Assembly (NCBI GenBank): GCA_030765555.1
Contig: JAVCCI010000073.1
Coordinates: 1 to 46,179, forward strand
Reading direction: 5' to 3'
DNA from: Candidatus Kappaea frigidicola
GTDB taxonomy: Bacteria > Omnitrophota > Gorgyraeia > JAGLLT01
DNA length: 46,179 bases
Positions 26,884 through 36,128 of the stretch are shown piece by piece (positions within the stretch are counted from its first letter, which is position 1; each line of letters opens with the position of its first letter). Under the pieces are notes generated by a model. It was not told where the DNA came from and did no database searches. It worked only from the letters and a program-made list of their open reading frames with translations. Made by a program: the position numbers and the translations under genes.

Positions 26884-27594
26884 TTATTCTGATTTCCCTG
26901 ATTGCTCTTGAGTTTTGCCTTCGCCTTTTTCTTTCTGACGTTCTTCTCGTTCCTTTTCACCAATAACTTCAGGTTCTTTGGCGCCTTCTTCAGGAATTTC
27001 TTCTTCGGCAATTTCTTCTTCTTCGGCCTTAGCATGCTCAACTAAAATAACAACTTCTTCAGGATCAGTTAGTATTTTTATATCACTGTCCACTTTTAGA
27101 TCTTTAACATGAATAGAATTACCAATTTCAAGCTCATCTACGTTGACATCAATTTTTTCAGGTATTTTTGTCGGCAAACATTCAATGTCTAACTCCCAAA
27201 GTGCGTGCTCTAGAATACCGCCATCTCTTTTAACACCTACTGCTTCTCCAACCGGATGAACAGGTACTTTCACTTGAATACTTTGTGTAAGTGAAATTTC
27301 ACTGAAATCAACATGAATGATGCTACCGCGAATAGGATGATGCTGCATTTCCTTAATAATAACTGTTTTATGTGTTTTCTTGCTATCTTTTTCATACTCT
27401 AATTTTATAATAACATTTTCACCAGCTGATGTATGTAAAGCGTGAATTAGATCAACTGATTTTATAGTTAAGTTAACACCGATTTTGCCTTTTTTATAAA
27501 CAATAGCTGGAGCTAAACCAACATTTCTCAGGCGCTTTGCCGCTTGCTTTCCTGTTACTTCTCTCTGTTGAGCATTAATTGTAATTTCTGCCAT
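26884..27594 (-). CDS. rplY: 50S ribosomal protein L25/Ctc (long form) with an acidic/K-rich tail
   Basis: N-terminal L25 domain (REVTGKQAAKRLRNVGLAPAIVY) plus the Ctc C-domain, then a ~45-aa E/K tail. Confidence 0.92.
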   Translation of the reverse strand: MAEITINAQQREVTGKQAAKRLRNVGLAPAIVYKKGKIGVNLTIKSVDLIHALHTSAGENVIIKLEYEKDSKKTHKTVIIKEMQHHPIRGSIIHVDFSEISLTQSIQVKVPVHPVGEAVGVKRDGGILEHALWELDIECLPTKIPEKIDVNVDELEIGNSIHVKDLKVDSDIKILTDPEEVVILVEHAKAEEEEIAEEEIPEEGAKEPEVIGEKEREERQKEKGEGKTQEQSGKSE

Positions 27595-27641
27595 ATCAAA
27601 AACCTCTTTCTTGTCTCAGTAGATAATTTTCTTTAAAATTT

Positions 27642-28580
27642 CTAAATAAATAAAGCACTCACTGATTCTTCTTTGTGAATTCGCATAATCGCTTCCGCAA
27701 ACAGCGGTGCCACAGATAGAACTTTTATTCTATCACATTTCTTTTCTTTGTCAATTGCTATCGTATCAGTTACTAATAGCTCTTTTAAGTGTGAATTATT
27801 TATCCTTTCAATAGCTGGAGGAGCTAAAATTGGATGAGTTATAGTTGCATACACATCCTTAGCGCCCTTTTCTTTTAAGGCGACAACACCTTCAACTAGA
27901 GTACCAGCAGTAGAAACAACATCATCAACCATAACTATATTCTTACCTCTAACATCACCAATTATATGCATAACCTCAGCTTGCTTATCATTAAGTCTTC
28001 TCTTGTCAACAATTGCTAAGCCTGCTCCTAGGCGCTTAGCATAAGCCCTTGCCATTTTTATCCCGCCTACATCAGGAGAGACAACACATAAATCCTTTAT
28101 ATTCATTTTGGAAAAATAACTTACAAATGTATTTACAGCATACAAATTATCAACTGGAATATTAAAGAAACCTTGGATTTGTTCAGCATGTAAATCCATC
28201 GTTAAAACTCTACTAGCACCAGCTGTTGCTAAAAGATCGGCAACCAGCTTAGCTGTAATGGGAACCCTGGGTTGATCTTTTCTATCTTGCCTAGCATAAC
28301 CATAATAAGCTATAACTGCTGTAATTCGCTTTGCTGAAGCTCGCTTTAAAGCATCAATCAAAATTAGTAGCTCCATAATACTATCGTTTGTTGGAGGAGA
28401 AGTAGGTTGAATCACAAAGACATCCTTGCCGCGCACATTTTCTTCAATTTTCACTCTGATTTCCCCATCAGCAAACCTACTTACAGTCGATTCACCTAAT
28501 GCTATTCTCAAATTTTTGGCAATATCCTCTGCAAGCTTAAGATTAGCATTGCCGGAAAATAAAGCAATTGTTCCATTCAT
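27642..28580 (-). CDS. prs: Ribose-phosphate pyrophosphokinase
   Basis: 312 aa with the ...YARQDRK... and VDDVVSTAGT PRPP-binding motifs. Confidence 0.95.
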   Translation of the reverse strand: MNGTIALFSGNANLKLAEDIAKNLRIALGESTVSRFADGEIRVKIEENVRGKDVFVIQPTSPPTNDSIMELLILIDALKRASAKRITAVIAYYGYARQDRKDQPRVPITAKLVADLLATAGASRVLTMDLHAEQIQGFFNIPVDNLYAVNTFVSYFSKMNIKDLCVVSPDVGGIKMARAYAKRLGAGLAIVDKRRLNDKQAEVMHIIGDVRGKNIVMVDDVVSTAGTLVEGVVALKEKGAKDVYATITHPILAPPAIERINNSHLKELLVTDTIAIDKEKKCDRIKVLSVAPLFAEAIMRIHKEESVSALFI

Positions 28581-28581
28581 T

Positions 28582-29898
28582 TTACGCTCCTGCCTTTTTT
28601 GTCTTTTTGGATTCTCTCTTCTTTTTTATCTCTCGGGCTGGCACTCCTACCACAATAGCCCCACTTCTAACTTTCCCTTTAGTTACAAGTGAATTGGCTC
28701 CAGTAATAGCCCCTTTGCCAATCTCAACAGGTGCCACAAGAATACTTCCACTACCTATAAAAGCATTATCTCCTATAATTGTTGCATTCTTTTCTTTGCC
28801 GTTATAATTAGCAGTTACAGCACCAGCACCAACATTAACTGCTTCACCTAATTTACTATCTCCTATATAAGCCAAATGATTGGCTTTACTATTTGACTTT
28901 ATGGTTGACCTAACTATTTCAACAAAATTACCTAATCTCACATTATTTTTTATAACTGTGCCAGGTCTAATTCTTAAAAAAGGTCCCAGAAGACATTTTT
29001 TACCAATTTTAACATTTTTTTCTATTCTGACAAAGGGCTCAATAATCGTATCCATCCCGATTTCCACACCTTCATCAATATATACTGTATCAGGGTCCAC
29101 TATCGTCACGCCTGACTCAATAATGCGTTTCATTATTCTCTGACGCATAATTTTATGTGCTTGAATTAATTCAAAACGTGAATTAATTCCTATAATTTCT
29201 TCAATATTAAGAGTTTCGTATGAATCAATTCTTAAATCTTGTGATGAAAGCACCTCAATAATATCAGTAAGATAATATTCCTTTTTTATCTTATTGGGTT
29301 TAATCTTATCAATATTACTAAAGAGACTTTGTGCTTTAAAGCAATAAACTCCAGTATTAATTTCCTCTATTACTTTTTCGTATAGAGAAGCATCTTTTTC
29401 TTCTATTATCCTTGTGATTTGCCCCTCGTCATTTCTTAATATCCGGCCATAACCTGTTGGATTCTTAATTGTTGCTGTTAAAATAGCGCAATCTACTTTA
29501 CCTTTTTTACTTATATCAATCAACGCCTGAAGCGTTTCATTAGATATAAGTGGTGCATCCGCACATAAAACTAAGATATTACCCTTGAAACCAGAAAGCT
29601 TCTTTAGGCCCTGCTTAACAGCATCCGCCGTACCTAAACGCCTTTCCTGTATTACAACTTCACTTCTCTTACCAATAAATTTAGCAACATCTCTTGATTT
29701 ATAGCCAATAACAGTAACAGTTTTATTTATGCCTAACTTTTGCAAAGTATCTAAACTATATTCAATTAAAGTTTTACCATAGATACTATGTAAAACCTTG
29801 GGTATTTCTGATTTCATCCTAGTGCCTTCACCAGCAGCTAATACTATACAAGCTACATTGTTCAAGGCTTTTTTGGTGATATTTAAACTTTTTTTCAT
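28582..29898 (-). CDS. glmU: Bifunctional GlcNAc-1-P uridyltransferase / GlcN-1-P acetyltransferase
   Basis: LAAGEGTRMKS nucleotidyltransferase N-domain and a C-terminal left-handed beta-helix (hexapeptides). Confidence 0.93.
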   Translation of the reverse strand: MKKSLNITKKALNNVACIVLAAGEGTRMKSEIPKVLHSIYGKTLIEYSLDTLQKLGINKTVTVIGYKSRDVAKFIGKRSEVVIQERRLGTADAVKQGLKKLSGFKGNILVLCADAPLISNETLQALIDISKKGKVDCAILTATIKNPTGYGRILRNDEGQITRIIEEKDASLYEKVIEEINTGVYCFKAQSLFSNIDKIKPNKIKKEYYLTDIIEVLSSQDLRIDSYETLNIEEIIGINSRFELIQAHKIMRQRIMKRIIESGVTIVDPDTVYIDEGVEIGMDTIIEPFVRIEKNVKIGKKCLLGPFLRIRPGTVIKNNVRLGNFVEIVRSTIKSNSKANHLAYIGDSKLGEAVNVGAGAVTANYNGKEKNATIIGDNAFIGSGSILVAPVEIGKGAITGANSLVTKGKVRSGAIVVGVPAREIKKKRESKKTKKAGA

Positions 29899-29955
29899 AT
29901 ATTGCTAACCTTACATATTTATTTGAAAAGAATTTATAGGCGCTTTATTTAATCT

Positions 29956-30029
29956 TGGCTGCCCGGCGAGGATTCGAACCTCGAACCTCGCCTCCAAAGG
30001 GCGGTGTGATACCATTTCACCACCGGGCA
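29956..30029 (-). tRNA. tRNA-Gln (anticodon UUG), CCA encoded
   Basis: Acceptor TGCCCGG/CCGGGCA (U1:A72, as in bacterial tRNA-Gln), anticodon loop CTTTGGA, T arm CGAGG-TTCGAAT-CCTCG, 3' GCCA. Confidence 0.88.
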
Positions 30030-30082
30030 AATACTTAAGATGCTGAATTTACTTCTATATTTAACGCTACCCGATAACTACC

Positions 30083-30526
30083 TTAAGCTTTTGCCTCGTC
30101 GCTACTAGTTACATCTTTATGATTTATATGTAAATTAGCATCAGACGCTTTTTCAGATTCAGGAAGCGAATCGTATTTATCTAAAACGGCTTTCTGGATA
30201 TGTTCCCTAAATTCAGAGTTAATTGGATGTGCTATATCTCTGTGCTCACTTTGTCTTTCCTCTTTATCTGTAGGAACAATTTCTATTATAGGTAAAGTGG
30301 TGCCGCAAGCATTACAATATTTACTACGAACTACATTTCTATGACCACACTTGGAACAGCTTTCCTTCATCTTTCTAGAAGGCATGGCAACAAATAATCC
30401 TTTATTGCCTTGAATAACCTTAATATCACGCACGACAAAACAATCATCGAAAGTTACAGTTGCGTATGCTTTTAATTTTTTATCCCTGCTTTCTCTTGGA
30501 AATATTCTAACCTCTGTAATTTCCAT
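30083..30526 (-). CDS. spoVG: SpoVG-family nucleic-acid-binding regulator with an inserted zinc ribbon and a C-terminal tail
   Basis: MEITEVRI...KAYATVTFDDCFVVRDIKVIQGNKGLFVAMPS and RDIAHPINSEFREHIQKAVL match canonical SpoVG. A ~46-aa segment lies between them and contains CSKC-x10-CNAC. AAAGGAG SD upstream. Confidence 0.88.
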   Translation of the reverse strand: MEITEVRIFPRESRDKKLKAYATVTFDDCFVVRDIKVIQGNKGLFVAMPSRKMKESCSKCGHRNVVRSKYCNACGTTLPIIEIVPTDKEERQSEHRDIAHPINSEFREHIQKAVLDKYDSLPESEKASDANLHINHKDVTSSDEAKA

Positions 30527-30574
30527 TGGTTACTCCTTTCACGAAGTTGATAAACTACTCTGTCGTCATCAATT

Positions 30575-31438
30575 TTATACAGAACGACAGATGAAAATAC
30601 TCGTGTCCCCCATTTTTCTGCTTGCTCTTTCTTTTACTGCTTCCGCCTCCCCTTTTGTTTGACAAATACCAAAAACACACGGACCACTACCAGATAATAA
30701 CACGGCTTTAATACCAGCAGTTCTTAGTGCTTTTTCGGCGCTTTGAACCTCTTTATGTGAAGCTCCCACCACAGACGCCAGATCATTATAAAGAACCGGA
30801 GCGATTTCTTGCAAATTAGCGCTTTTAAGGGCGCGAATAAATATTGTAGCACCAGGCTTTTTCTTTGTCAAGCTTAACTTAAAATGCTCGTAAGCCCATT
30901 TACTACTTACATGAATTTTAGGGTAAATTATTACATACCAGTAGGTAGGAACATTTTTTATAGGCTCTAGAACATCTCCTTTGCCGCAACCTAGAGCGCA
31001 GGGTTCATCTAGCAAAAAAAAGGGAACATCAGCCCCCAATTTTGATCCCAGTTCAAGTAATTTTTCTTTCGTAAAACCCAGGTTACACATGTTATTTACA
31101 GCCTGCATAACAGATGCGGCATTACTGCTGCCTCCACCTAAACCAGCAGCCACAGGTATAACTTTATCAATATTAATTTTTAATCCTACCTTAATTCCAG
31201 TTTCGCGAAATAATAATTCAGCAGCCCTATAGGCTAAATTTGTTGCGTCTATAGGAACAGCTGGGTGATTACATGTAATTTGAATATCAGTTTTATGAGT
31301 CTTTTCTATTAGGATGGTGTCATGCAGATTAACTCTTTGAAATAAAGTTTCAATTTCGTGATAACCGTCACTTCTTTTTTTCTTAATTTCTAAATATAAA
31401 TTAACTTTAGCTAATGAATCTACCTTCACTCTGCACAT
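30575..31438 (-). CDS. ispE: 4-diphosphocytidyl-2-C-methyl-D-erythritol kinase
   Basis: GHMP kinase motif PVAAGLGGGSSNAA; KVNLYLEI N-terminus typical of IspE. Confidence 0.92.
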   Translation of the reverse strand: MCRVKVDSLAKVNLYLEIKKKRSDGYHEIETLFQRVNLHDTILIEKTHKTDIQITCNHPAVPIDATNLAYRAAELLFRETGIKVGLKINIDKVIPVAAGLGGGSSNAASVMQAVNNMCNLGFTKEKLLELGSKLGADVPFFLLDEPCALGCGKGDVLEPIKNVPTYWYVIIYPKIHVSSKWAYEHFKLSLTKKKPGATIFIRALKSANLQEIAPVLYNDLASVVGASHKEVQSAEKALRTAGIKAVLLSGSGPCVFGICQTKGEAEAVKERASRKMGDTSIFICRSV

Positions 31439-31449
31439 GGCAGTCTCTA

Positions 31450-32388
31450 TTAAGCTCCTAGGAGTTCTTTGGCCCGTTTAACAATATCGCTTGCTGTAAG
31501 TTCGTAATACTTCATCAATTCTTCTGTTTTGCCAGATTGACCAAACTGATTCTTTACTCCGATTAACTTCATGGGTACAGGATGATTCTGACAAACAACT
31601 TCAGCCACTGCCGAACCCAACCCTCCCACAACAGTGTGTTCTTCGCAAGTAATTATACCTTTAGTTTCTTTGGCAGCCTTAAGTACTATCTCTTCATCTA
31701 GTGGCTTAGGTGTATGCATATTGATAACTCGCACACTTACACCCTGTTCTTGAAGAATTTGCGCAGCTTCTAAAGCCTCACAAACCATATTACCACAAGC
31801 AATAACTGTCAAATCACTACCTTCTTTTAACGTCTTGGCTTTTCCAATAATAAATTCATCTTCTTCTTTTGATACCAATGGTACTCCGCATCGAGTGAAA
31901 CGCAAATAAACAGGATGAGGAATACTGGCAGCTGCAATCGTAGCTTTTTTAGCTTCAATGGCATCAGCTGGTACAACCACCATCATATTAGGCAAGGCTC
32001 TCATAAGGGTAATTTCCTCTAAAGCCTGATGCGTTGCTCCATCTGGCCCCACTGAAATACCTCCATGAGTTCCAGCAATATTAACATTTAAGTCCATATA
32101 ACTAACTGAAATACTCAATTGATTCCAAGCTCTACCGGCGGCAAAAACTCCGAAGGTACAACAAAAAGGAACTTTACCTTCAAGGGCCATACCTGCCGCT
32201 ACGCTCATCATATTTTCTTCAGCTACTCCACAGGAAACAAATCTTTCTGAATACTCATTTTTAAACCAGTTAGCTCTGGTTGATTCTGTCAGATCGGCCG
32301 AAAGAACTACAACATCTTTATTATTTTTACCCAGTTCCAGCAGTCCTTTACCAAAACCATCTCTCGTAGGAACTTTTTTAATTTCCAT
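31450..32388 (-). CDS. Transketolase, C-terminal (pyrimidine-binding) subunit
   Basis: 312 aa, ...TRDGFG..L..LG......VVLSADL..S...; split-transketolase arrangement with the upstream gene. Confidence 0.9.
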   Translation of the reverse strand: MEIKKVPTRDGFGKGLLELGKNNKDVVVLSADLTESTRANWFKNEYSERFVSCGVAEENMMSVAAGMALEGKVPFCCTFGVFAAGRAWNQLSISVSYMDLNVNIAGTHGGISVGPDGATHQALEEITLMRALPNMMVVVPADAIEAKKATIAAASIPHPVYLRFTRCGVPLVSKEEDEFIIGKAKTLKEGSDLTVIACGNMVCEALEAAQILQEQGVSVRVINMHTPKPLDEEIVLKAAKETKGIITCEEHTVVGGLGSAVAEVVCQNHPVPMKLIGVKNQFGQSGKTEELMKYYELTASDIVKRAKELLGA

Positions 32389-32407
32389 TTATTTCTCCTA
32401 AAATAGA

Positions 32408-33241
32408 TTACTTTTGCTTCTTAAGTTCAACTAAAGCTTTTTCAACTTCATCTTCTTTAGGCGCAACGCCATGCCAAGATGCCTTATTTTCCATAAAGGA
32501 AATACCTTTACCCTTAATAGTGTCAGCTAAAATCACTGATGGCTTTCCCTTGATTTCTCGCACCTTATCAAAAGCATCCATCAGACCTACAACATCATGA
32601 CCGTCAACCCTAATAACTTCCCAGCCAAATGACTCCCATTTTTCAGCTAGTGGCTCAACATTCATAACATCTTTTAAGAAACCATCTATTTGAATTTTAT
32701 TGTTATCTACAATACCGCAAAGATTATCTAATTTATTAAACGAGGCCATCATTGCTGCTTCCCAAATCTGACCCTCTTGAAGCTCTCCGTCACCCATAAG
32801 ACAATAAGTCCTAAAATCTTTTTTATCCATTTTGGCTGCTAAGGCCAGACCCAAGGCAATGGAAAGTCCTTGTCCCAATGAACCAGTAGAAGCCTCTAAG
32901 CCCAATGGAACATTTCTCTGAGGATGTCCTTGAAGCTTTGAACCCATCTTTCTTAAAGTCCAGAGCAAATCTTCGCTAAAATAACCACAATCCGCCAAGA
33001 CAGCATACAACGTCGGACATCCATGCCCCTTAGAAAGAATAAATCTGTCTCTCTGTTCCCATTCAGGTTTTTTAGAATTATGCGACATTTCATACTTATA
33101 AAGAGTAAGGATAATTTCAACTTCAGAAAGCGACCCCCCAGTGTGACCACTACCAGCTATCTGAAGCATTTTTAAAATAGTGCTTCTTATTTTTATAGCT
33201 TTTTCTTTTAATTCATTAATGTCAGGCCTTTTCTTCATCAT
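32408..33241 (-). CDS. Transketolase, N-terminal (ThDP-binding) subunit
   Basis: 277 aa with SGHTGGSLS, SKGHG.P.LYA and GDGELQEGQIWEA motifs. Confidence 0.9.
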   Translation of the reverse strand: MMKKRPDINELKEKAIKIRSTILKMLQIAGSGHTGGSLSEVEIILTLYKYEMSHNSKKPEWEQRDRFILSKGHGCPTLYAVLADCGYFSEDLLWTLRKMGSKLQGHPQRNVPLGLEASTGSLGQGLSIALGLALAAKMDKKDFRTYCLMGDGELQEGQIWEAAMMASFNKLDNLCGIVDNNKIQIDGFLKDVMNVEPLAEKWESFGWEVIRVDGHDVVGLMDAFDKVREIKGKPSVILADTIKGKGISFMENKASWHGVAPKEDEVEKALVELKKQK

Positions 33242-34758
33242 CTATTTAACCTTTCAATCTTTTCCTCAACGCCTTCTATATCAGGGTCTATTTCTAAAGA
33301 TTTGCGCCAGCTTTCCTTTGCTTTTTCTATCTGGCCTTTTTTAAAATATATATCACCTAAGTGATCAAAAATAATTGGATCCTTAATTAAACTTGATGCT
33401 TTTTCAATTAGTTCATGAGCCTTATCAAGATTATCTAATTTATAATATATCCAACCTAAACTATCAATAAAAGCACCATTGCCTGGCTCAATCTCAATAG
33501 CTCTGTTTAACATTTTTACGGCTTCTTTTAAATTAATTCCTTCTTCAGCATACATATATCCTAAATAATTAAGAGCATCTGCATTGTCAGGGTTTATTTC
33601 AATTGCTGCCTTAAATTGCGTTGCAGCTTTTTCTCTCTTATTATTAGTTTCATAGTAAACGCCTAAGTAAAAATAAGCTAGGTCACTTTCGGGATTAATC
33701 TCTTGAGCACTCTTATAAGCAGCTTCTGCTAAATCATTTGTATCCTGCTGTTGATAGATAGTAGCCAAAGTGATATAAATTCTATCAAGTTGAGCTACAT
33801 TTTCCTCAAGAGCTTTCTTTAAAATCTCTACACTTTTATCAAGTTGCTTTTCATCAGCATATAAATAAGCCAATGTTATATATGAAGAAGTATCTTCTGG
33901 ATACAACTTAAGCACCAATTCATACTGAATAGTTGCTTTTTTGTAATCTTTCTTATCAATATAGAGCTGCCCCAACTGCTTATAAACATTAATATTCAGC
34001 GGATCTCTTTTAAGAGATTCTTCATAATAGAATATTGCTTGCTCGCTTTTTCCCTGAATTTCACTTATAAGAGCTAGACTCAAATATGCAGGAACAAAAT
34101 CATCATCAAGCTCAAGGGCCTTATCAAATTTATTAATAGCTTTATCGAAATCTTCAATGTGCAAATAAATAAGCCCTACATTAAAGTAAAGAATTGGCAG
34201 ATCATCGACTTGATTAAGAAGCCTTTCATAAACATCAATCGCTTTTTCATTTTTACCCTGAAAAACTAGTATGTCAGCCAATGAAGATAAAGCAATTTTA
34301 TCTTCTGGGTCAAGCTCAATAATTTTCTCGTATTCAACAACAGCCGCATCATAATCTTTTTTAAAAGTGTAGATATATGCCAAAAGAGCATGCGCCTCTA
34401 CGCTCTGAGGATTCGCTTGTAGAGCTTTATCGATATACTGCATGGCATTTGCAAATTCATTAAGATTTAGATAATCTTGGGCTATTCTAAGATAAATCCA
34501 AGAGGCGCCTTCATTATATTCTAAAGCCTTATTATATTCAGCTATACCTTTATCAGGCTCTCTTTGCCTATCAAATATCAAACCCATCATAAAGTGGGCA
34601 TAGGCCTTCCTATCGCGGTCAATTTGCTCGTTTATTGCATCAACCTTAGCGTTTAAAGTTTGGGCTCCTGCAAAATTTAATATCGCAATAGCAAACACAA
34701 ATAATAAAGTTCTAAGACAAACCCTATACTTAGGCAAACTAGTAGATAAATGCCTCAT
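33238..34758 (-). CDS. Secreted/periplasmic tetratricopeptide-repeat protein
   Basis: The N-terminal hydrophobic signal-like segment ends AGAQT. About 12 or more 34-aa TPR-like repeats follow (A..Y..AL...P....A...LG..Y). It shares a 4-nt ATGA overlap with the transketolase N-subunit gene. Confidence 0.8.
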   Translation of the reverse strand: MRHLSTSLPKYRVCLRTLLFVFAIAILNFAGAQTLNAKVDAINEQIDRDRKAYAHFMMGLIFDRQREPDKGIAEYNKALEYNEGASWIYLRIAQDYLNLNEFANAMQYIDKALQANPQSVEAHALLAYIYTFKKDYDAAVVEYEKIIELDPEDKIALSSLADILVFQGKNEKAIDVYERLLNQVDDLPILYFNVGLIYLHIEDFDKAINKFDKALELDDDFVPAYLSLALISEIQGKSEQAIFYYEESLKRDPLNINVYKQLGQLYIDKKDYKKATIQYELVLKLYPEDTSSYITLAYLYADEKQLDKSVEILKKALEENVAQLDRIYITLATIYQQQDTNDLAEAAYKSAQEINPESDLAYFYLGVYYETNNKREKAATQFKAAIEINPDNADALNYLGYMYAEEGINLKEAVKMLNRAIEIEPGNGAFIDSLGWIYYKLDNLDKAHELIEKASSLIKDPIIFDHLGDIYFKKGQIEKAKESWRKSLEIDPDIEGVEEKIERLNR

Positions 34759-34759
34759 T

Positions 34760-34855
34760 TTACTTAGCCTTTTTCTTGTGTCTATCTCTCTTTAGTCTTT
34801 TTTTCCGTTTATGTTTGGCTATTTTTTTCTTTTTTCTCTTTTTACCGCAAGGCAT
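34760..34855 (-). CDS. 31-aa Lys/Arg-rich micro-protein, bS22-like (AURKAIP1/COX24-like family)
   Basis: Not in the ORF track. ATG at 34855-34853 with AGGAGG 7 nt upstream. Translation is MPCGKKRKKKKIAKHKRKKRLKRDRHKKKAK. The TAA at 34762-34760 is one nt from the TPR gene ATG. Confidence 0.6.
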   Translation of the reverse strand: MPCGKKRKKKKIAKHKRKKRLKRDRHKKKAK

Positions 34856-34939
34856 GTTAACTTCCTCCTGTCTTAAAACAGCAAAATTCACTGTGTAATA
34901 TTGAAATTCAAATATTTACCAATCATTACTTATCAGATT

Positions 34940-35809
34940 TTAGTAAATTGCTTTATTTAAAGGATATTCAATGATTCCGACAACTCCAGCTTGCTTAAGC
35001 TTGGGTATTAATTCTCTCACTTCTTTTTCACATATAATAGTTTCAACCGCCACCCATTTACTTTGGGTCAAGCTAGATATGGTAGGCTTCTGCATGGCAG
35101 GAAGAATTTTTAAGACATCTTTCAATTTTTTCTCCATGACATTCATTTTAAGGCCAACCATTTCTTCTGCCAATATTGCACCTTTAATAAGAAGAGCTAT
35201 ATTTTCAATTTTTTTCTTTTTTGATGCATTCTTCCAAGTTTTCTTATTAGCTATTAACCATGTAGTTGAATAACAAACTACATCAATTATTTTAAGATTG
35301 TTAGCACGAAGACTTGAACCGGTTTCAGTTAATTCCACAATAGCATCTACTAATTCCGGCACCTTAATCTCTGTGGCTCCCCAACTAAATTCAACCTCGG
35401 CGTTAACTTTATTTTTTCTTAGATATTTCTTGGTTACGTTTACTAATTCAGTTGCTATTCTAGATCCTCTTAAATCCCTTGGTTTTTTGATTGGTGAATC
35501 TTTAGGAACAGCGACTACCCATCTAACAGGATTAAAACTCTGCTTTGCATATTTTAACTCGGCAACTTTAACAACATCAGACGAATTTTCCTCAATCCAA
35601 TCATTGCCTGTTAAGCCACAGTCCAAAACACCTTCTTCAACATAACGCGACATCTCCTGCGCCCTTATCAAAAGACAGTCAATCTCGTCATCATCAATTG
35701 ATGGTATATAAGAACGCGAAGAACATGATACATTAAAACCAGCCTTCTTGAATAATTTAAAAGTTGATTCCTGTAAGCTACCTTTCGGTAATCCAAGCTT
35801 AATTTTCAT
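34940..35809 (-). CDS. hisG: ATP phosphoribosyltransferase (long form)
   Basis: About 289 aa, with [22 protein letters not shown] and a C-terminal regulatory domain. I prefer the ATG at 35809; the ORF-track start at 35812 is a TTG. Confidence 0.9.
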   Translation of the reverse strand: MKIKLGLPKGSLQESTFKLFKKAGFNVSCSSRSYIPSIDDDEIDCLLIRAQEMSRYVEEGVLDCGLTGNDWIEENSSDVVKVAELKYAKQSFNPVRWVVAVPKDSPIKKPRDLRGSRIATELVNVTKKYLRKNKVNAEVEFSWGATEIKVPELVDAIVELTETGSSLRANNLKIIDVVCYSTTWLIANKKTWKNASKKKKIENIALLIKGAILAEEMVGLKMNVMEKKLKDVLKILPAMQKPTISSLTQSKWVAVETIICEKEVRELIPKLKQAGVVGIIEYPLNKAIY

Positions 35810-35930
35810 CAATTTTTTCCTCTTTTAAAATTTTATTATTTTCCTTTTTAATTACACTGCGCTTATAACGCTTTTTAACATCTTTTACTCTAGTCTTCGG
35901 ATTAATATCCCATGTTTTTCTTATTTTCAT
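35799..35930 (-). CDS. Possible 43-aa basic micro-protein overlapping the hisG start
   Basis: Not in the ORF track. Translation is [43 protein letters not shown]. Its 3' end contains the hisG SD (GAGGA) and overlaps the hisG ATG by 11 nt. Its own SD is weak (AAAGGT). Confidence 0.35.
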   Translation of the reverse strand: MKIRKTWDINPKTRVKDVKKRYKRSVIKKENNKILKEEKIDEN

Positions 35931-36063
35931 TGAAATATAACCTTTAGAACACTGGAAATTTATTCTATACTATGTGTTGGGGCTATGTCAACTAAAAAGT
36001 ATCTAAATAATCTATATAACGCTAATAATCTATAGCTATTTAGTATGTTTTTCAATTTTTTTC

Positions 36064-36091
36064 TTGTAAATGGTCTTGGGTGTGATATAAT
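36064..36091 (+). promoter_or_regulatory. Putative sigma70 promoter of the ppiD-like gene
   Basis: TTGTAA (36064-36069), 16-nt spacer, extended -10 TGaTATAAT (TATAAT at 36086-36091). An AGGAGG SD follows at about 36115. Confidence 0.5.
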
Positions 36092-36128
36092 TTGCCCATT
36101 AACTTTATATTTCAAGGAGGAAATAAGA

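Noticed and set aside
32953-33150. 65-aa same-strand ORF nested in the transketolase N-subunit gene.
   Set aside because: It is an alternate frame of a well-supported gene, with no SD and no motif.
35799-35930. A histidine-operon attenuator leader peptide upstream of hisG.
   Set aside because: The candidate peptide contains no His codons, and no terminator/antiterminator pair is visible. It is kept only as a generic micro-ORF candidate.
36003-36034. Direct repeat ATAATCTATA (36007-36016 and 36025-36034) upstream of the ppiD-like promoter, as a possible regulator site.
   Set aside because: It is a 10-bp AT-only repeat in AT-rich intergenic DNA. It is easily explained by chance, and the 18-bp phasing is not typical of known direct-repeat operators.
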